Source: Isurus oxyrinchus
Lineage: Eukaryota
NCBI GenBank assembly: GCA_026770705.1
Contig: JANJGN010000001.1
Coordinates: 194,184,001 to 194,248,000, forward strand
DNA: 64,000 bases
Direction of reading: 5' to 3'
Shown: piece after piece, positions 1-13,155 of the stretch
Numbering within the stretch: position 1 is the stretch's first letter
How the letters are laid out: the number at the start of each line of letters is the position of its first letter
Program-made: the position numbers and the translations under genes
Notes under the pieces: model-generated
Databases searched by the model: none
Seen by the model: only the letters and a program-made list of their open reading frames with translations
Told to the model about the DNA's origin: nothing

Positions 1-140
1 ATTTCCAGTTAGAATAAGGGTGCGATTATCAGCATTTATCTTAGTTAAGGAGTAAATTGGGCAGCAACCTCTGATACCCACAAGTGCAGTTAAGCTTGAA
101 ATCAGGAAGCTGCTGTCTGATTTTCCCTGCTCCTCCACAA

Positions 141-236
141 GTCTGTGGAAGGGTCATGAGGACTCGAAACGTCAACTCTTTTCTTCTCCACCGATGCTGC
201 CAGACCTGCTGAATTTTTCCAGGTAATTCTGTTTTC
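141..236 (+). mobile_element. Penelope-like terminal fragment with minimal hammerhead motif (CTGTGGA core)
   Basis: CTGTGGA-A-GGGTC-ATGAG-GACTC-GAAAC-GTC-AACTCT at 143-179, then a tail near-identical to copies at 42.3, 49.8, 54.1 and 54.5 kb. Confidence 0.7.
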
Positions 237-837
237 ACTTTAACAGTATTTCAGCAAGAGGCTCGCAATTCATTGACATGGAAGGTGTGGAATTATAGTA
301 TTTACTCACTAGATACCCACTTTACTACATCAGAAAAAGTTAACATTTGCCCACTCAAGTGGAAGTGAATGTTGAATGGCGTAGTGAGTCTCAATTACTG
401 TCAAACTATTTCTCCGGCACTGAAAAATTAATGTTACAAGCACTGAGTTTTATCTCTTCAGATCTTGGCTTTTGGAGATTGTGAAATAGTTAAAAATTAA
501 ATTACATTGGGAAAAAAATTCAAATGCCACAAAAATGAGCATGGGGATTGTGCTGTGCCATTAATCCCGTCTATTCTTTCCAATACAACTCGTGTACAAA
601 TTTCATGCTGCTTGCTTGTTTAAATAATAGTAGCATGCAGCCCAGTACTGAATATGCTATCTAGAGGCTGTGCACATCAGCACAGACCCCAAGTTTGTGT
701 GAGGCTAGTACCACTCAAGGCTGCCTGCATCAGTTGAAGCCAGCCTGCGTTCTTAAAGGGAGGTGCATTTAAGCACCTATTGCAGCCCGTATTGTAAGTG
801 GCTGGGGAAGGATGACTGGCCTGCAAGAAGAGTGAAT

Positions 838-1045
838 ATGGGGCAACAGGGCAGAGAGCATTCCCCAAGGTACTCTGATGTAGCACTGGAGGCCTTGGTA
901 CATGATGTAGATAAAGGGAGAGAGCTTCTCTATCCACAGCACACCAGGAAACCCTCCAGACAAACTACGTGAAGACAGTGGGAGCAGATAGACATTTCTG
1001 TCAAAGCAAGCGCAGGAGCCCTGAGGACCTGGATATACACTGAAG
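838..1045 (+). pseudogene. Degenerate PIF/Harbinger Myb/SANT-like DNA-binding ORF (remnant continues at ~2550-2610 and ~3040-3640)
   Basis: MGQQGREHSPRYSDVALEALVHDVDKGRELLYP..RQWEQI resembles the P-R-F-S...L...V...LF...W motif of Harbinger Myb/SANT proteins; in-frame stop; interrupted by a LINE. Confidence 0.65.
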
Positions 1046-1050
1046 GCACT

Positions 1051-2549
1051 GCATACTGCAAAGGTTATAGTCCTGACAATATTCCGGCAATAGTACTGAA
1101 GACTTGTGCTCCAGAACTTGCCATGCCCCTAGCCAAGCTGTTCCAGTACAGCTGCAACACTGGCCATCGACCCAGATATGTGGAAAATTGCCCAGGTGTG
1201 TCCTGTGCACAAAAAGCAGGACAAATCCAACCCAGCCACTTACTGCCCCATCAGTCTACTCTCGATCATCAGCAAAGTGATGGAAGGAGTCATCAAACAT
1301 GCTATCAAGTGGCACTTGCTTAGAAATAACCTGCTCACTGATGCTCAGTTTGAGTTCTGCCAGGATCACTCAGCTCCTGACCTCATTACAACCTTGGTTT
1401 ATACATGGACAAAAGAGCTGAACTCCAGAGATGAGGTGAGAGTGAATGCCTTTGACATCAAGGCAGCAATTGATCGAGTCTGGCAACAAGGAGCCCTAGC
1501 ACAACTGGAGTCAATGGGATCAGGGGGAAAACTCTCTGTTTGTTGGAGTCATACCTAAACAAAGGAAGATGATTGTGGTTGTTGGAGATCTATCATTTCA
1601 GTTCCGGGACATCACTGCAGGAGTTCCTCAGGGTAGTGTCCTAGGCCCAACCATCTTCAGCTGCTTCATCAATGGCCTTCCTTCCATTATAAGTTCAGAA
1701 GTGGGGATGTTCACTGATGATTGCACACTGTTCAGCACCATTCAGCAACTCCTCAGATACTGAAACAGTCCATGTCCAACCGCAGCAAGACCTGGACAAT
1801 ATCCAGGCTTGGGCTGACAAGTGGCAAGGAATATTCATGCCACACAAGTGCCAGGCAATGACCATCTTCAATAAGAAGAATTTAATCATGGCCCCTTGAC
1901 ATTTAATGGCATTGCCATCGCTGAATCTCCTACCATCAAAATTCTGGGGATTACCATTGACCAGAAATTGAACTGGATTGGCCATCTAAATACCGTGGCT
2001 ACAAGAGCAGGTCAGAGGCTCAGATTCCTGCAGTGAGTAACTCACCTCCTGACTCCCCAAAGTCTGTCCATCATCTATAAGGCACAGGTCAGGTGTGTGA
2101 TGAAATACTCTCCACTTGCTTGGATGAGAAGCTTGACACTGCCCAGGACAAAGTAGCCTCGAACCACCAACGCACAGTTGCAGCAGTGTGTAGCAGCAGC
2201 AAGATGCGCTGCAGGAACTCACCAAGGCTCCTTCGACAGCACCTTCCAAACCCACGACCACTAACATCTAGAAGGACATGGGTAGCAGACACTTGGGAAC
2301 ACAACCACCTGGAAGTTCCCCTCCAAGTCACTCATCATCTTGACTTGGAAGTATATCACCATTCCTTCACTGTCGCTGGGTCAAAATCCTGGAACTCCCT
2401 CCCTAACAGCAGAGTGGGTGTACATACACCTAACGGTCTGTAGTGGTTCAAGAGGGCAGCTCACCACCACCTTCTCGAGGGCAATTAGGGATGGGCAGTA
2501 AATGCTGGCCCAGGGAGCGAAGCACACATGCGATGAATGAATTAAAAAA
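1051..2549 (+). mobile_element. Non-LTR retrotransposon (CR1/L2-group LINE, family A), 5'-truncated, degenerate RT
   Basis: WKIAQVCPVHKK..PISLLSIISKVME, FDIKAAIDRVW, GVPQGSVLGP, MFTDDC motifs with frameshifts; 3' tail gcaattagggatgggc...gaatgaattaaaaaa. Confidence 0.9.
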
Positions 2550-2610
2550 GGAGACCCAATAACTGCAAAATGGCCAGGAGCAAGAAGTGATAGAGGATGA
2601 AGAGACTGCT

Positions 2611-3040
2611 GGTGCAGGAATTTACATTCATTGGGTGGGCATGCGCCTGTCCTAATTGGGTGTAAAATAGTGCATGATGATGTCAGCGGGATGAAGTTTC
2701 CAACCGTAATTTAAAAAAAAATAAAATTTTTAAACATCATTTTCATTATGTCCCTATTTATGTGAATGAGTCACATATAGGGACATATTTCCATAAAATC
2801 TTTATTTTTGAATGTAAAATTATTCAGCTCCCTAAGGCAAAGCTGTGTCAGTGTGCGCTCCCCTGAGCATGTGCAGGCTTCAGCGCTAGCACTCCTCCTG
2901 CCCCCAGCCTGGCAGCACTGAGCTTCTCAGCACGCTTTTCACACTGTCTGGCCATTAATTGGCCGACCAGCATGAAATCATTTCCCAGCTGCTCCCAGGA
3001 CGGCCCACCGCGTCCGCCCAATGAACAGAAAATCCTGATC
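2611..3040. mobile_element. Harbinger-type MITE (same family as 42678-43297, opposite orientation)
   Basis: Degenerate TIR-like ends (gcaggaattt / aaaatcctg); internal sequence similar to the 42678-43297 and 30500-30788 copies. Confidence 0.65.
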
Positions 3041-3186
3041 ATGATGAAGAAACACTGTCAGTCGCTCTGACATTGACACTCACTTCATTGGACACTGAGA
3101 CTGTGCACACTTTAGAGGAGAGCATAGAGACAGAGTGTGCATGTGGTGAAACACCAGGCAGTGACCTGTAGCCAGGGCAGGGGGGC

Positions 3187-3285
3187 AATTCTGATGAAAG
3201 ATCATCGTCCTGAAACGTTAACTCTGCTTCTCTCTCTACAGATGCTACCTGAACTACTGAGTATTTCCAAAATTTTCTGTTTTTA
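3187..3285 (+). mobile_element. Penelope-like fragment with canonical-core minimal hammerhead
   Basis: CTGATGA (3191-3197)-A-AGATC-ATC-GTCCT-GAAAC-GTT-AACTCT, then an agatgct...ctgagtatttcc tail. Confidence 0.65.
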
Positions 3286-3719
3286 AGCTCACTCGTTGCT
3301 ATGGAAGTACAAGGTCTCACAGCTGTCCAGTAATCTGCTCCAACAGATCACTAGGATTGCTGAGGCAGAGCTTGAACCTGATGTCCTCTCGCTGGATGAC
3401 AGCATTTGTGAGTCGATCACAGCTCATCTGCTAGTGCAGTTGCTGCTGCTTGTTAGCCTGCCAGTCCAGACTGCTGCCATCCATGGAAAGACGGTGCAGT
3501 CCTATGCCAGACCTTCTAGGGCCAGAGCTTAACCCTGACAGGGTCTTAACCCTGGCAGCCATGCTGCAACCACTGGGATATTACTGCATAGGAGCATGAT
3601 GCCAGATAAAGGTAGTTTTGTGCTTCTGATGATTGTAAGTTACCGTGTCAAAGCCACAGATGATCTCTGGACAGTTGTAAATGTCATGAACACAAATGTC
3701 GCTGATTTATGTTATTGAT

Positions 3720-4138
3720 TTATGCCCTTGTCTCGGTTCATCTGCAGCTGGAACCCTTATTCATGCCTTTGTTTCCTCTAATGCATCCATGGCTGACCTC
3801 TCACATTCTACACTCTGTAAACTTGACGCCATCCAAAACTCTGCTGTTCATGTCTCAACTCACAGCAAGTATTGTTCCCCTACCTCTGTCATCCCTATGC
3901 TCACTGACCTACATTAGCTTCTAGTCAAACAATCTTTTGATCTATAAATACTCTTCCTTGTTTTCAAATCCCTCCAAGGCCTCACCCCTCCATATCTTTG
4001 TGCTCTCTTCCAACTCCACAAGCTTCTAAGATATATGCGCTCCTCTAATTCTGGCCTCTCGTGCATCCCCAATTTTAATTGCTTCACCATTTGTGCTCAT
4101 GCCTTCAGTTGCCTAGGCCCCAAGCTCTGGAATTGTCT
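3720..4138 (+). mobile_element. L2-type LINE 3' fragment
   Basis: AAGTLIHAFVSS...LDAIQNSA peptide typical of the L2 C-terminal region; homologous to 26235-26828. Confidence 0.7.
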
Positions 4139-4367
4139 TGGGGCAGGCAATGGCCCTTAAGTGGCCATTAATTGGCCTCTTAAGGGCTTCAATTGTGGTA
4201 AGGGTGGGCCAGCTGCCCAAGTCTTGCCCACCACCTCCCTTCCCCCCCCACCGTGAAGAATTACAGACAGGTCAGGGGTGGGTGGGAGGGTGATGGAAAG
4301 GCCACTCAGGTAATTTTACGGGCCCAGTTGCCTGCAAATCTGGAGAGGGAACCGAAAAATTCTGCCT
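4139..4367. mobile_element. Harbinger-type MITE fragment
   Basis: ggcccttaagtggccattaattggc core, ends in aaaattctgcc; similar to ~6300-6700 and ~19980-20185. Confidence 0.5.
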
Positions 4368-5592
4368 CGTGAGTTTGAAGCTATGTTTGTCAAACATATT
4401 TTCATGAATATACCTACTTGAGTTTTCTAATTCAGCACTGGCACATCCTGAGAGTGCAAAAGCTGAAAATTATTGACCCCCCCCCCCCAGCCTTTGACTC
4501 TAATATGGTATGCCTGCACTGCCTGGAGGGTATAATTATGGGATGACAACTTTACATAGACAGTTTCCATTATAAGCATTGACATACAAGTATATGATAG
4601 AAAATGTTGACAGGACTATGCATAAACATTACATTGCTCATGCTGAGTCAGAAGATTCACTGTTTTATAATTGCAGTGGTGTACAGGATAACAATTTCTT
4701 AGATTGATGGAACATAACCCAGAAACAGGCCATTCAATTCTTAATTCCTATTAAATGGTGTCCTGGGTTTTTTATTGGTGCTTCATGATCAAATCCCAAA
4801 CTATTTACATTATTCTGTATAAACTGGACATGAATGATGTACTTATGTACCTAACTTTTAATCCTTACAGTTTTGAAAGTTGGATATGCACAGCAATATG
4901 GTGTGCAAGAAGGACCAATTAGAAATAGATCATAGTGTTTATCAACGTTCAACTGGGAAAGCTGCATTTGGAGATAATTCTGTATTTTGGAAGCAATGGA
5001 GAAAGCCTGGGCTTTGGGGAGTATTGGGGAATGGTCCTGTGGGTTGGCACAATTGATGTGTGGGTCCTGGAGTTTGTCACTTCTTTAGTGGGATTACTGG
5101 AATGATCATTGGAAAGGTTCAATAAAGGATAAGCAATATACTCCAGCAGATCCTCCTCTAATCTCTCCATGCCCTTCAGCTGCTAGTCAAAAAATGGAAA
5201 CATTTTAATTGCTATTGACAAAGCCCAAGCAGAAGATAATTCAGGCTCTTCCAGTGGTGCAGATGATGCAGGTGATAAGGAGTGATAATTAAAGGCTGTT
5301 TATTTCAAAATTCACCAAACTTGTTTTTTTTTTGAAAATTGAAATGTCTTTTGCAGTTCAACAGCAAACACATAATTTAGGTTCTGAATGTATTAGCTGA
5401 GTCATGAAAAGGTCAGGGAGTAAATTAAGTAGATGTTTCAAAAAGGTATTAATTAAGATGATAATGTAAAGACTTGTGATACTTGTGTCATAGACTGATG
5501 AAAGTCAACCTCTACCATGTGTCTAAAAAGCTCTTTTATGTGAGACATTCATAATACGTTCATATTTAAACGCTCTTTATTTTTTGTTGCAG

Positions 5593-5716
5593 CTCAGTGG
5601 CGGAACAGCTGAAGTGGGGTGAGACTGTACAAGCAGAGGCGTTTGATAGTGTCACAATTTATTTCAGTGACATTGTTGGATTCACTTCAATGTCTGCAGA
5701 GAGCACACCGCTGCAG
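5593..5716 (+). CDS. NPR2: Natriuretic peptide receptor B / guanylyl cyclase-B-like, internal exon (124 bp)
   Basis: ttgcag|C TCA GTG... encodes (H)[41 protein letters not shown]|gtaata; polypyrimidine tract, AG/GT borders; metal-binding FSDIVGFT motif. Confidence 0.93.
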
Positions 5717-6721
5717 GTAATACATTCTTAATTGAGGTGTATTAATTTTGGAACCTTCTGAGTTGATACTGATATAACATTTCATTCCAATTTCTATGAA
5801 CGATATTTCATTCTTGAATGATTATAATCATTAATGTGAATCACAGTCTGAATGGTACCAGAAAGGCCCTGCACTACCTGAGATGGCCAATATCAGACTC
5901 GTCACAGATACCATTTTTAAACTTACATGCAACAAATAATTTTTGTTATTGATGAAATTAGACATACTAGGTCAAACAAAAAAGGACTCTCCATTGTTTT
6001 CTGACTAAACACTACACGACTATTAAGTTGTTAATGAATGCAAATAAGTACTTGTATTCATTAGTTGGCCTTAGGAGAAGGAAGAAAATTAGGTACTGTA
6101 GTCTGCCACAATTCAAATCATTTTGATGTAATCAAAAATTTAACAAACTTCCATATCCTATCAGGAGCACTTTGGTTAGTAAAAATATTCCGATTAGTCA
6201 GCAAATTACGAAAACTAGCATGCTCTTTTAATTTATGTTGGGGTAGATTTCCAACTTGCTGCCTGGGCAAACACTGATGGTCAGCTTGGAGACATAAAGG
6301 ATAATGTAATTAGGCGGGGTGTTAGCATACCTGCCTGCCCACCTCCACCAGAATTAAGTTCTACGCAGAAAGGCTCATGGTCGACCTACTCGCCCTGTCG
6401 CTTATTGTACCCTCTAAGTAGCCAATTAATGACCACTTAAGAGCCTCATCCACTGCCACTGGTATTAACCCAGCTGCAGATGGGCCTGTTGCCATGCAGC
6501 ATGAATGGCAGCTAACACCACACACCCCCCCCACCCACCACCACATTACTTACCTGTGGCCTGGGTTGCTCCATGATCCTGGGACTCCAGAAGATGTTTT
6601 TCCTGTGGAAGCCACCACCTTTCCTATGGCATAACGAAGCACAAGAGCTGCCAGCCTCTGAATGTCTGGCAGCTCTCAGTGGACAAAACCTCCACCCCTG
6701 GGGTTTTGATTCCGTAACGCT

Positions 6722-6850
6722 GACTGGAATTTTCCAGCCCCCCCACACTGATGGGATCTTCCTGTCCCGCTGGTATGAACAAAGATTTCAATGGCTTGCT
6801 GGCCCTGCCATGGAAGATCCCACCATTGGGTGGGGCTGGAAAATTCCGGA
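6722..6850. mobile_element. Short palindromic MITE (~130 bp)
   Basis: Inverted arms ctggaattttccagcccc..gggatcttcc / ggaagatccc..ggggctggaaaattccgg; sibling at 11508-11635. Confidence 0.65.
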
Positions 6851-8984
6851 TGTTAACTCTGTTTCTCTCTGCACACAGATGCTGCTGAGTTTTTCCCAGC
6901 ATTCTTCTGTTTTTATTTCACATTTCCAATATTCTGCTTTTTGATTAGCAGAAAGTGTATTTTTGATTGTTAGAAGTGTTCAGAAAAGGCAGACTTGACA
7001 GGAAAGAATATGGTGTAGCCAGGATAAGTTGGGAGGTATATGAAGCTGATCATTTGGGTAGTGCACAACTATAAAACAAATCACTCAGGTTAGGTGTATA
7101 AAATATTTTAAAAAAACTAACACAAGAGGCATATTACAGACCATCAAGTTATAAGAAGAAGGACACTTTGTTTTATGAAGCAATAAAAATGTAATGTATG
7201 AACAACAAACCTATTTTAATGGGAGACTTCAATCAACAAATATAAAGCAGAGATACCCAAGCAGTTTAGAGGAAGCATGGGTAAATGTAATGCATGATTG
7301 CGTCCAGAACCAATGTGCCTAGCTAGCTGTGAGAGACAGCACAACTTGACCTGCTATTTATTAGTTATCCTGACAAAGCATAGAAAATGGAAGTTGTAAC
7401 ATACCCGACAGAGACAACAATAACAGAATGGCTGAGTTTAATATGGTCTGGGATTAAGCTATACCAAGAACCAAAAACAAGTACACGACGTTAAAATGAC
7501 TGAATTCAATGGAATGAGGGAACAACCAAAGCAAATGAGTTGGAGGAGGATTTCTAACGACACTAGTAGAGTAAAGGTGAATTGTTGTAGAAGGGCTAAT
7601 GTTGGGAATGTAGGAAATATATGCAACTAAAATCAGAATACTTCGACTAAACAAAAACTGAAGGCGAAATTGGTTCATGGAATGATTATCGGAACATGTA
7701 GAAACATGCTATAAAAAATCCCCAAATGAGTACAGGAAACTGAAAAGAACTAGAAAAAGCATAGCTGCTGTGGCAACATGAGTTGTAAAAAATAACTTCA
7801 GCCATGAGTTAGTGAGAGAGCAATCAGAGAAGTAAAAAACATGAAACATGCAAATAAGCTCAAAACAGAGGTTAAGCACAGAATGGTAGTCTGGATGACT
7901 ACTTCTTCCAAGTATTCATTAAGAAAGACATAAGAAACAAACCTCTCTCCACAGAAATAAATAAAGAAAAGTTAGTGACTGGAATATAAATAATATAGAA
8001 GATATAGACAGGCTTAAAGGGGTTCAAAACAGTTAAATTCATAAACAGATGATATTTTTCCCAGCCTTTCTAGAGTGCAAAAAGATTAGATTTGTGAATT
8101 ACTGACAAAATTCATGCATTGCTAGTTAAGAAAAATATCTCTAATCATTCAGTATGCCAACAGGGAGAATATTCATTCAAGGCAAAAATGGGCTGCCCAC
8201 TATATTGATGAAGTTCAAGAATTCAACGTGCAGTCCCCACACTGGAAATAGGCATTAGGCCATTTATATGGGCATAGTGATGGTAAAAACTGTCCAATGA
8301 TGGAAATTAATACCCTGGAATCATCAAACAAACAAATACTGAACTGGGAGAAATTAGGGTCTTTCTGGATATATAAATTAAAATGAGTAATTGACCTTTC
8401 TTATGTGTAATTTTCTTGCAATATTTCCAGGTGCCAGATGGGCAGAATTCACACTAGTGGACATTGGCATAGTAATTTGCCTTTAAGGGATAGCAGCATG
8501 GTGTCACTAGAAAGGAAGTGTGTCATGCGATACGGTTTTAGTTTCACTTTTGCTTTTGAGCATAGCACACACACAGCTCTGCTGCCGATGTCTTCAAGCT
8601 TTCTATCCATGTGTATTTGTTCTCAAGTGCCTGGTCTAAATAGGTGAACCCACAACATATTTGCACAATCCCTTATGAGTGATTGGTGCCTTTATATCGC
8701 TATAACAACACAATAATTGGAAACTCCATTTTACCGCACTTGTGAAAGACATGAACAAGGCTTCCTTCTTCCTCAAACAAACTGAGTTTACTACTGGTCT
8801 GCTTTTATATTTTTCTCACCTCTCAATTTGTAACGTAGCATGACTCATGCACTTGTCCATGGCAATTAAACCTTTCAAATAATTATCTTAATTGATAAGC
8901 ACCTGGAACTTCCATGAGTTGAAATAATGGCCACTTGCACCATTTCCCAGAAGTTAGGCAACAGTTTTCCCCTCTGCTTAACTT

Positions 8985-9530
8985 ATATGAGACACTAGTT
9001 CAGCTTAAGCTTAAGTATTGCATCCAGTTCTGGGCACCACACTTTAGGAAGGATGTGAAGGCATTGGAAAGAGTGCAGAAAAGATTCACAAGAATGACTC
9101 CACTGGTGAGGAATTTCAATTATGAAGTTAGATTGGAGAAGTTGGGACTGTTTCCATGGGACAAAAGAAGGCTGAGTGGAAGTTTGATAGAGGTATTCAA
9201 ACTCATGAGAGGTGGAAAGAGTAGATAGTGAGAAACTGTTCCTACTCATGAGAGGATCGAGAATGAAAAGGCACAAAAGGAGCAAAAGCGACGTGAGGAG
9301 AAACACTTAAATACAGGAGTGGTTAAGGTCTGGAGTGCACTGTCTGCGAGTGTAGTGGAGGCAGGTTCAATTGAGTCATTCAAAAGGGAATTAGACTGCT
9401 ATCTAAAAAGAAAGAATGTGCAAGATTATGGTGAGAGGGGAGGTGAATGGCTCTTAGTAAATTGCTCATTCGGAGAGCCAGTGCCAACATGATGGGCCAA
9501 ATGGCCTCCTTCTGTGCTGTAATAATTCCG
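8985..9530 (+). mobile_element. CR1-type LINE 3' end (family B)
   Basis: LYETLV..LKYCIQFWAPHFRKDVKALERVQKRFTRM peptide and gggccaaatggcctcct 3' stem-loop tail. Confidence 0.85.
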
Positions 9531-9548
9531 TGATTTTGTGAAGTTAAA

Positions 9549-9752
9549 CAAAAGCAAAATACTGCAGATTCTGGAAATCTGAAATAAAAACTGAAGCTGC
9601 TGGAAATACTCAGTAGGTCTGACAGCATCTCTGAATAATATTTCAGGTTGATAAGCTTTCATCAGACTGTTCTGATGAAGGATCATTGACCTGAAACATG
9701 AAGTATGTTTTTCTCTCCACAGATGCTGAGTATTTCCAGCATTTTCTGTTTC
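9549..9752. mobile_element. Head-to-head inverted pair of Penelope-like hammerhead fragments
   Basis: CTGATGA core on - (9659-9665) and on + (9672-9678), 6 bp apart; arms are diverged reverse complements. Confidence 0.7.
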
Positions 9753-9918
9753 TCCCTAAGTTATTAGGGAAGGCCATTTAAGCAAACAGTATGAGGTTAA
9801 AGCACAATTTGATGCAATATTGAAGAGAGGTGCCTGACCTTTCTGTAATTTCTTTTCCTTGTAAAGTTTGGTCTACTTTGCTAATACCAGAATTTATTTT
9901 CTCTATCAATTTTATTAA

Positions 9919-10191
<273 letters not shown>

Positions 10192-10549
10192 TAGTCAATG
10201 TTTGAGGATTTGTTTTTGATTATGTGATAGTTGTTTCAAAACTTTTTAATTTTGTTGAGAAATGCCAACTGCTAATGAAATGTTATACTCTCTGAATACA
10301 TACTATGTGAATCGTTTTGCAATCTTACAGCTTTTCAAACTGAAAAAGTCAAACATATAAAGTGGTTATTAAATGCCAAAAAGAATGACCCATGTGGGAA
10401 AAAAAAACCGTCCACAAAGAAAACAGAGAAAGTGGTTATCACATCAACATATGTAAAGACATTTAGGCATAGAAGAAAATACTTGTTATACACTGATACA
10501 AGTCTATATGTTAAATTAGCTGAGTTTGTATCAAAATCATCTGACTAAA

Positions 10550-10855
10550 GAGAATCACACAGCCCAGAAACAGACTACTTGACCCATTATGCCAGCTCTT
10601 TGGAAGAGCTGTGTAGTTAGTCCCACTCCCCTGCTCTCTCCCCAATGTCCTGCACATTTCTCCTTTTTACACATTTATCAAATTTCCTTTTGTTTCCACC
10701 ATCCTTTAATGCAGTACATTCCAGATCATAATAACCTGCTAGGTACAAAAAAACCTCATTTCCTCCTGGTTCTTTTGCCACTTATCTTAGATCTGTGACT
10801 GTTGGTTACTGACCCTCCTGTGAGTGGAAGTTGTTTGTCAAATATTCATGATAAT
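10550..10855 (-). mobile_element. CR1-type LINE 3' fragment
   Basis: Reverse complement of the CR1 3' region/tail seen elsewhere in the window. Confidence 0.6.
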
Positions 10856-11507
10856 TACTAATGGGCCAAAACCTGTCTGTTTTATTAAAGTAATATTACA
10901 TCCTTTGTATCAGTCATTCCTGAAGTGGCTTCCTGATTATTTTTAAATCCTTGATCATGCATAGAAAATTATATTGGACTAATTTCCAAGGTGATCGGGT
11001 TGAGTCAGATCAAACAATCACACCTGAAGCCACTAATAATACAATTTGCCACAGTACAGATGCGAACGATTAAAACTACCCTATTAACATTCCAGGTGAT
11101 AATACAGTTGTACGGTCTGGTGAGCTTCACTTCTGCGCAGTGAAGCATGAAGATCGGATTGCTATCGAAATGTACACATGGATCATGCTGTACATTAATC
11201 AATTTATCTGGAACAAATAACAAATATATGGGAGTTGCCATGTTGTGCCACATCAAAACCAATGTAGCGTGGAACTGCTGATGGCTCAGTGTGAATGTAA
11301 AATTGAGCAGGGACTTGGATTCTTTCACTATACTATGCCACGTTAGCCCATCTCCATGGCAGTAGAGGGTATCTGTAGTTGGCCTCATAACCACTAAGTA
11401 AGGAAAGGCAAAAAAATTCAGCCATGAATACATCTACTGATTACTATCCAGTAACACTTGCTGGGTGATGTAGATGTTGATGGTGATAGAATTGAAATTA
11501 ACACAAT

Positions 11508-11635
11508 GGGTGGTATTTTCCAGCCCCGCCCACTGTTGGGATGGTCCAGTCTTGCCAAAAGTCAATGGATTTTTGGCTGGGCTGCCGGATCTCCTGAGGG
11601 GGGTCCTGTCACAATGGAGCTGGAAAATCTCAGCT
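11508..11635. mobile_element. Short MITE with 3-bp TSD (AAT)
   Basis: gggtggtattttccagcc ... gctggaaaatctcagct flanked by aat on both sides. Confidence 0.65.
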
Positions 11636-12119
11636 AATTTTTCTGCACCGTTAAACATGCTTCTGGAAATCACCATAAAGAATGATGACTTGGCCAAAGC
11701 ATTAGAGATTTATAGCAGTAACAGAGCTACACCTTAGCATGAGCCAGTATCTTCACTGATAGTAGGGAGAAAACTGTCATTCAGGTTTGTCAACAGAAAA
11801 CCAAAAACCAGCCTTTGTTTATATACGACCTTATTTCATGTCTCAGAAATACCTTCAATTTCTTCTGAGAAGTACATCGACTATTGTTATGCGATATGAT
11901 TAAACAATTGCAATATCAATTATAATTGTCACCCAACATTTATAACATTATTAAGAGAAGTTAACAACCGCCAGGGAACCACATTTCAGTGGCAAGTGGC
12001 TGTTTTCAGCTGTTTCGGTTGTTTTGCCAGGGCTTCTGTCAGTTCAGACCCATCAACTTGTGGAGGCTTACAGAAAGAGTCCATTCAGACCACCTGCTTC
12101 TGGAACAGAGGTGTTTTTA

Positions 12120-12498
12120 GTTATTCATTCATGCGATATGAACATCACTGGCACTGCCAGCATTTACTACCAATCCCTAATTGCTCTCTGAGTGGCTTTC
12201 TAGGCTATTCGGGGGCAGTTAAGAGTCAACACATTGCTGTGGGCCTGGAATCACTTGTAGACCAGACCTGGTAAGGGCAGCAGATTTCCTTCCCTAAAGG
12301 GCATTATGAATAATAAAAGGGAATTTTATGATAAGCTGGTTATTTCATGATCATTGTCGTGAATCTAGCATTTTACTCCATTAAATTGATTTTAAATGCC
12401 ACTAGCTGTCATGGTGGGATTTGAACTCATATCTCCTGAATATTAGTCCAGGCCCCTGGATTGTGAGCCCAGCAACATTACGATTATGCTACTGTCCC
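12120..12498 (-). mobile_element. tRNA-derived SINE with Deu-like core (SacSINE1-like)
   Basis: B box GAGTTCAAATCCC (12416-12428, -); core ccagacc..cacagcaatgtg.ttgactcttaactgccc; 3' tail shared with LINE family A. Confidence 0.75.
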
Positions 12499-12499
12499 C

Positions 12500-13155
12500 T
12501 ATCATCTTCTTCCAAGAGGTTGCAGATATCTGTAACTCGTTGCTTTGGAGACACTTCTGTTCAGAGACATCAAAGAAGCTGACCCTTAGCCTTTAGACCC
12601 TGTGATGAGGGTTTCGCCTCCTTCAAGGTGCAGCTCTGTGTCCAGCCCCTCTGTTCCACCCAGCCATGGAGAAACCAGCAGCTGTTGCTGTTGGGGTTGC
12701 TGCCCCTGTTGCTGTGGCTGCTAAGTTGGAGCAAGCTGCACCTCGTTCTCAGAAAAAGTACAGAAAACATGGCCCCCAGGGAGGCCTCACAGGCAATAAA
12801 CTGAAATTACCCTCAGTGGTATCCAGGGTACTTGATATAAGTGGCACAAAGTTGCTGTCCCTAACAAAATCAGTGAATTTAGACTGAAAGAATTGCCCCT
12901 TTCTGCACAAGCCTTTCACTGTGGCTGTCCTTTATAATGCTTATGCCAGGACAGTTTCACTCTGTAATGAGTTCCCCCGTGCACTCACCTTCTCCAATCT
13001 GGTGAGACGCAGATGCAGTGTGGAGCCTGTGCATTGTTAGGAAAGAGGGATTCCATGACTAAAAAGGCTCTTCATTGCTTTTAAAATTGCCTCAACTGAT
13101 TTCTCACCCGGTACACTCCAGAACCCACCTCTACCTGGCTGGGATAATTCTGCCC
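12500..13155 (-). mobile_element. Harbinger element end with degenerate transposase N-terminus
   Basis: TIR-like ataattctgccc at the right end; - strand RVSFFDVSEQKCL..VTDICNLLEED resembles the HARBI1-like N-terminus. Confidence 0.55.

Noticed and set aside
8400-8650. tttccag followed by open frame, a possible extra exon
   Set aside because: Flanking exons already join in frame with no missing residues; no GC homology
11005-11433. 142-aa minus-strand ORF in an intron
   Set aside because: No recognisable domain or splice context
12400-12498. tRNA-like sequence as a real tRNA gene (also 25340 and 35930)
   Set aside because: No complete cloverleaf; these are SINE heads
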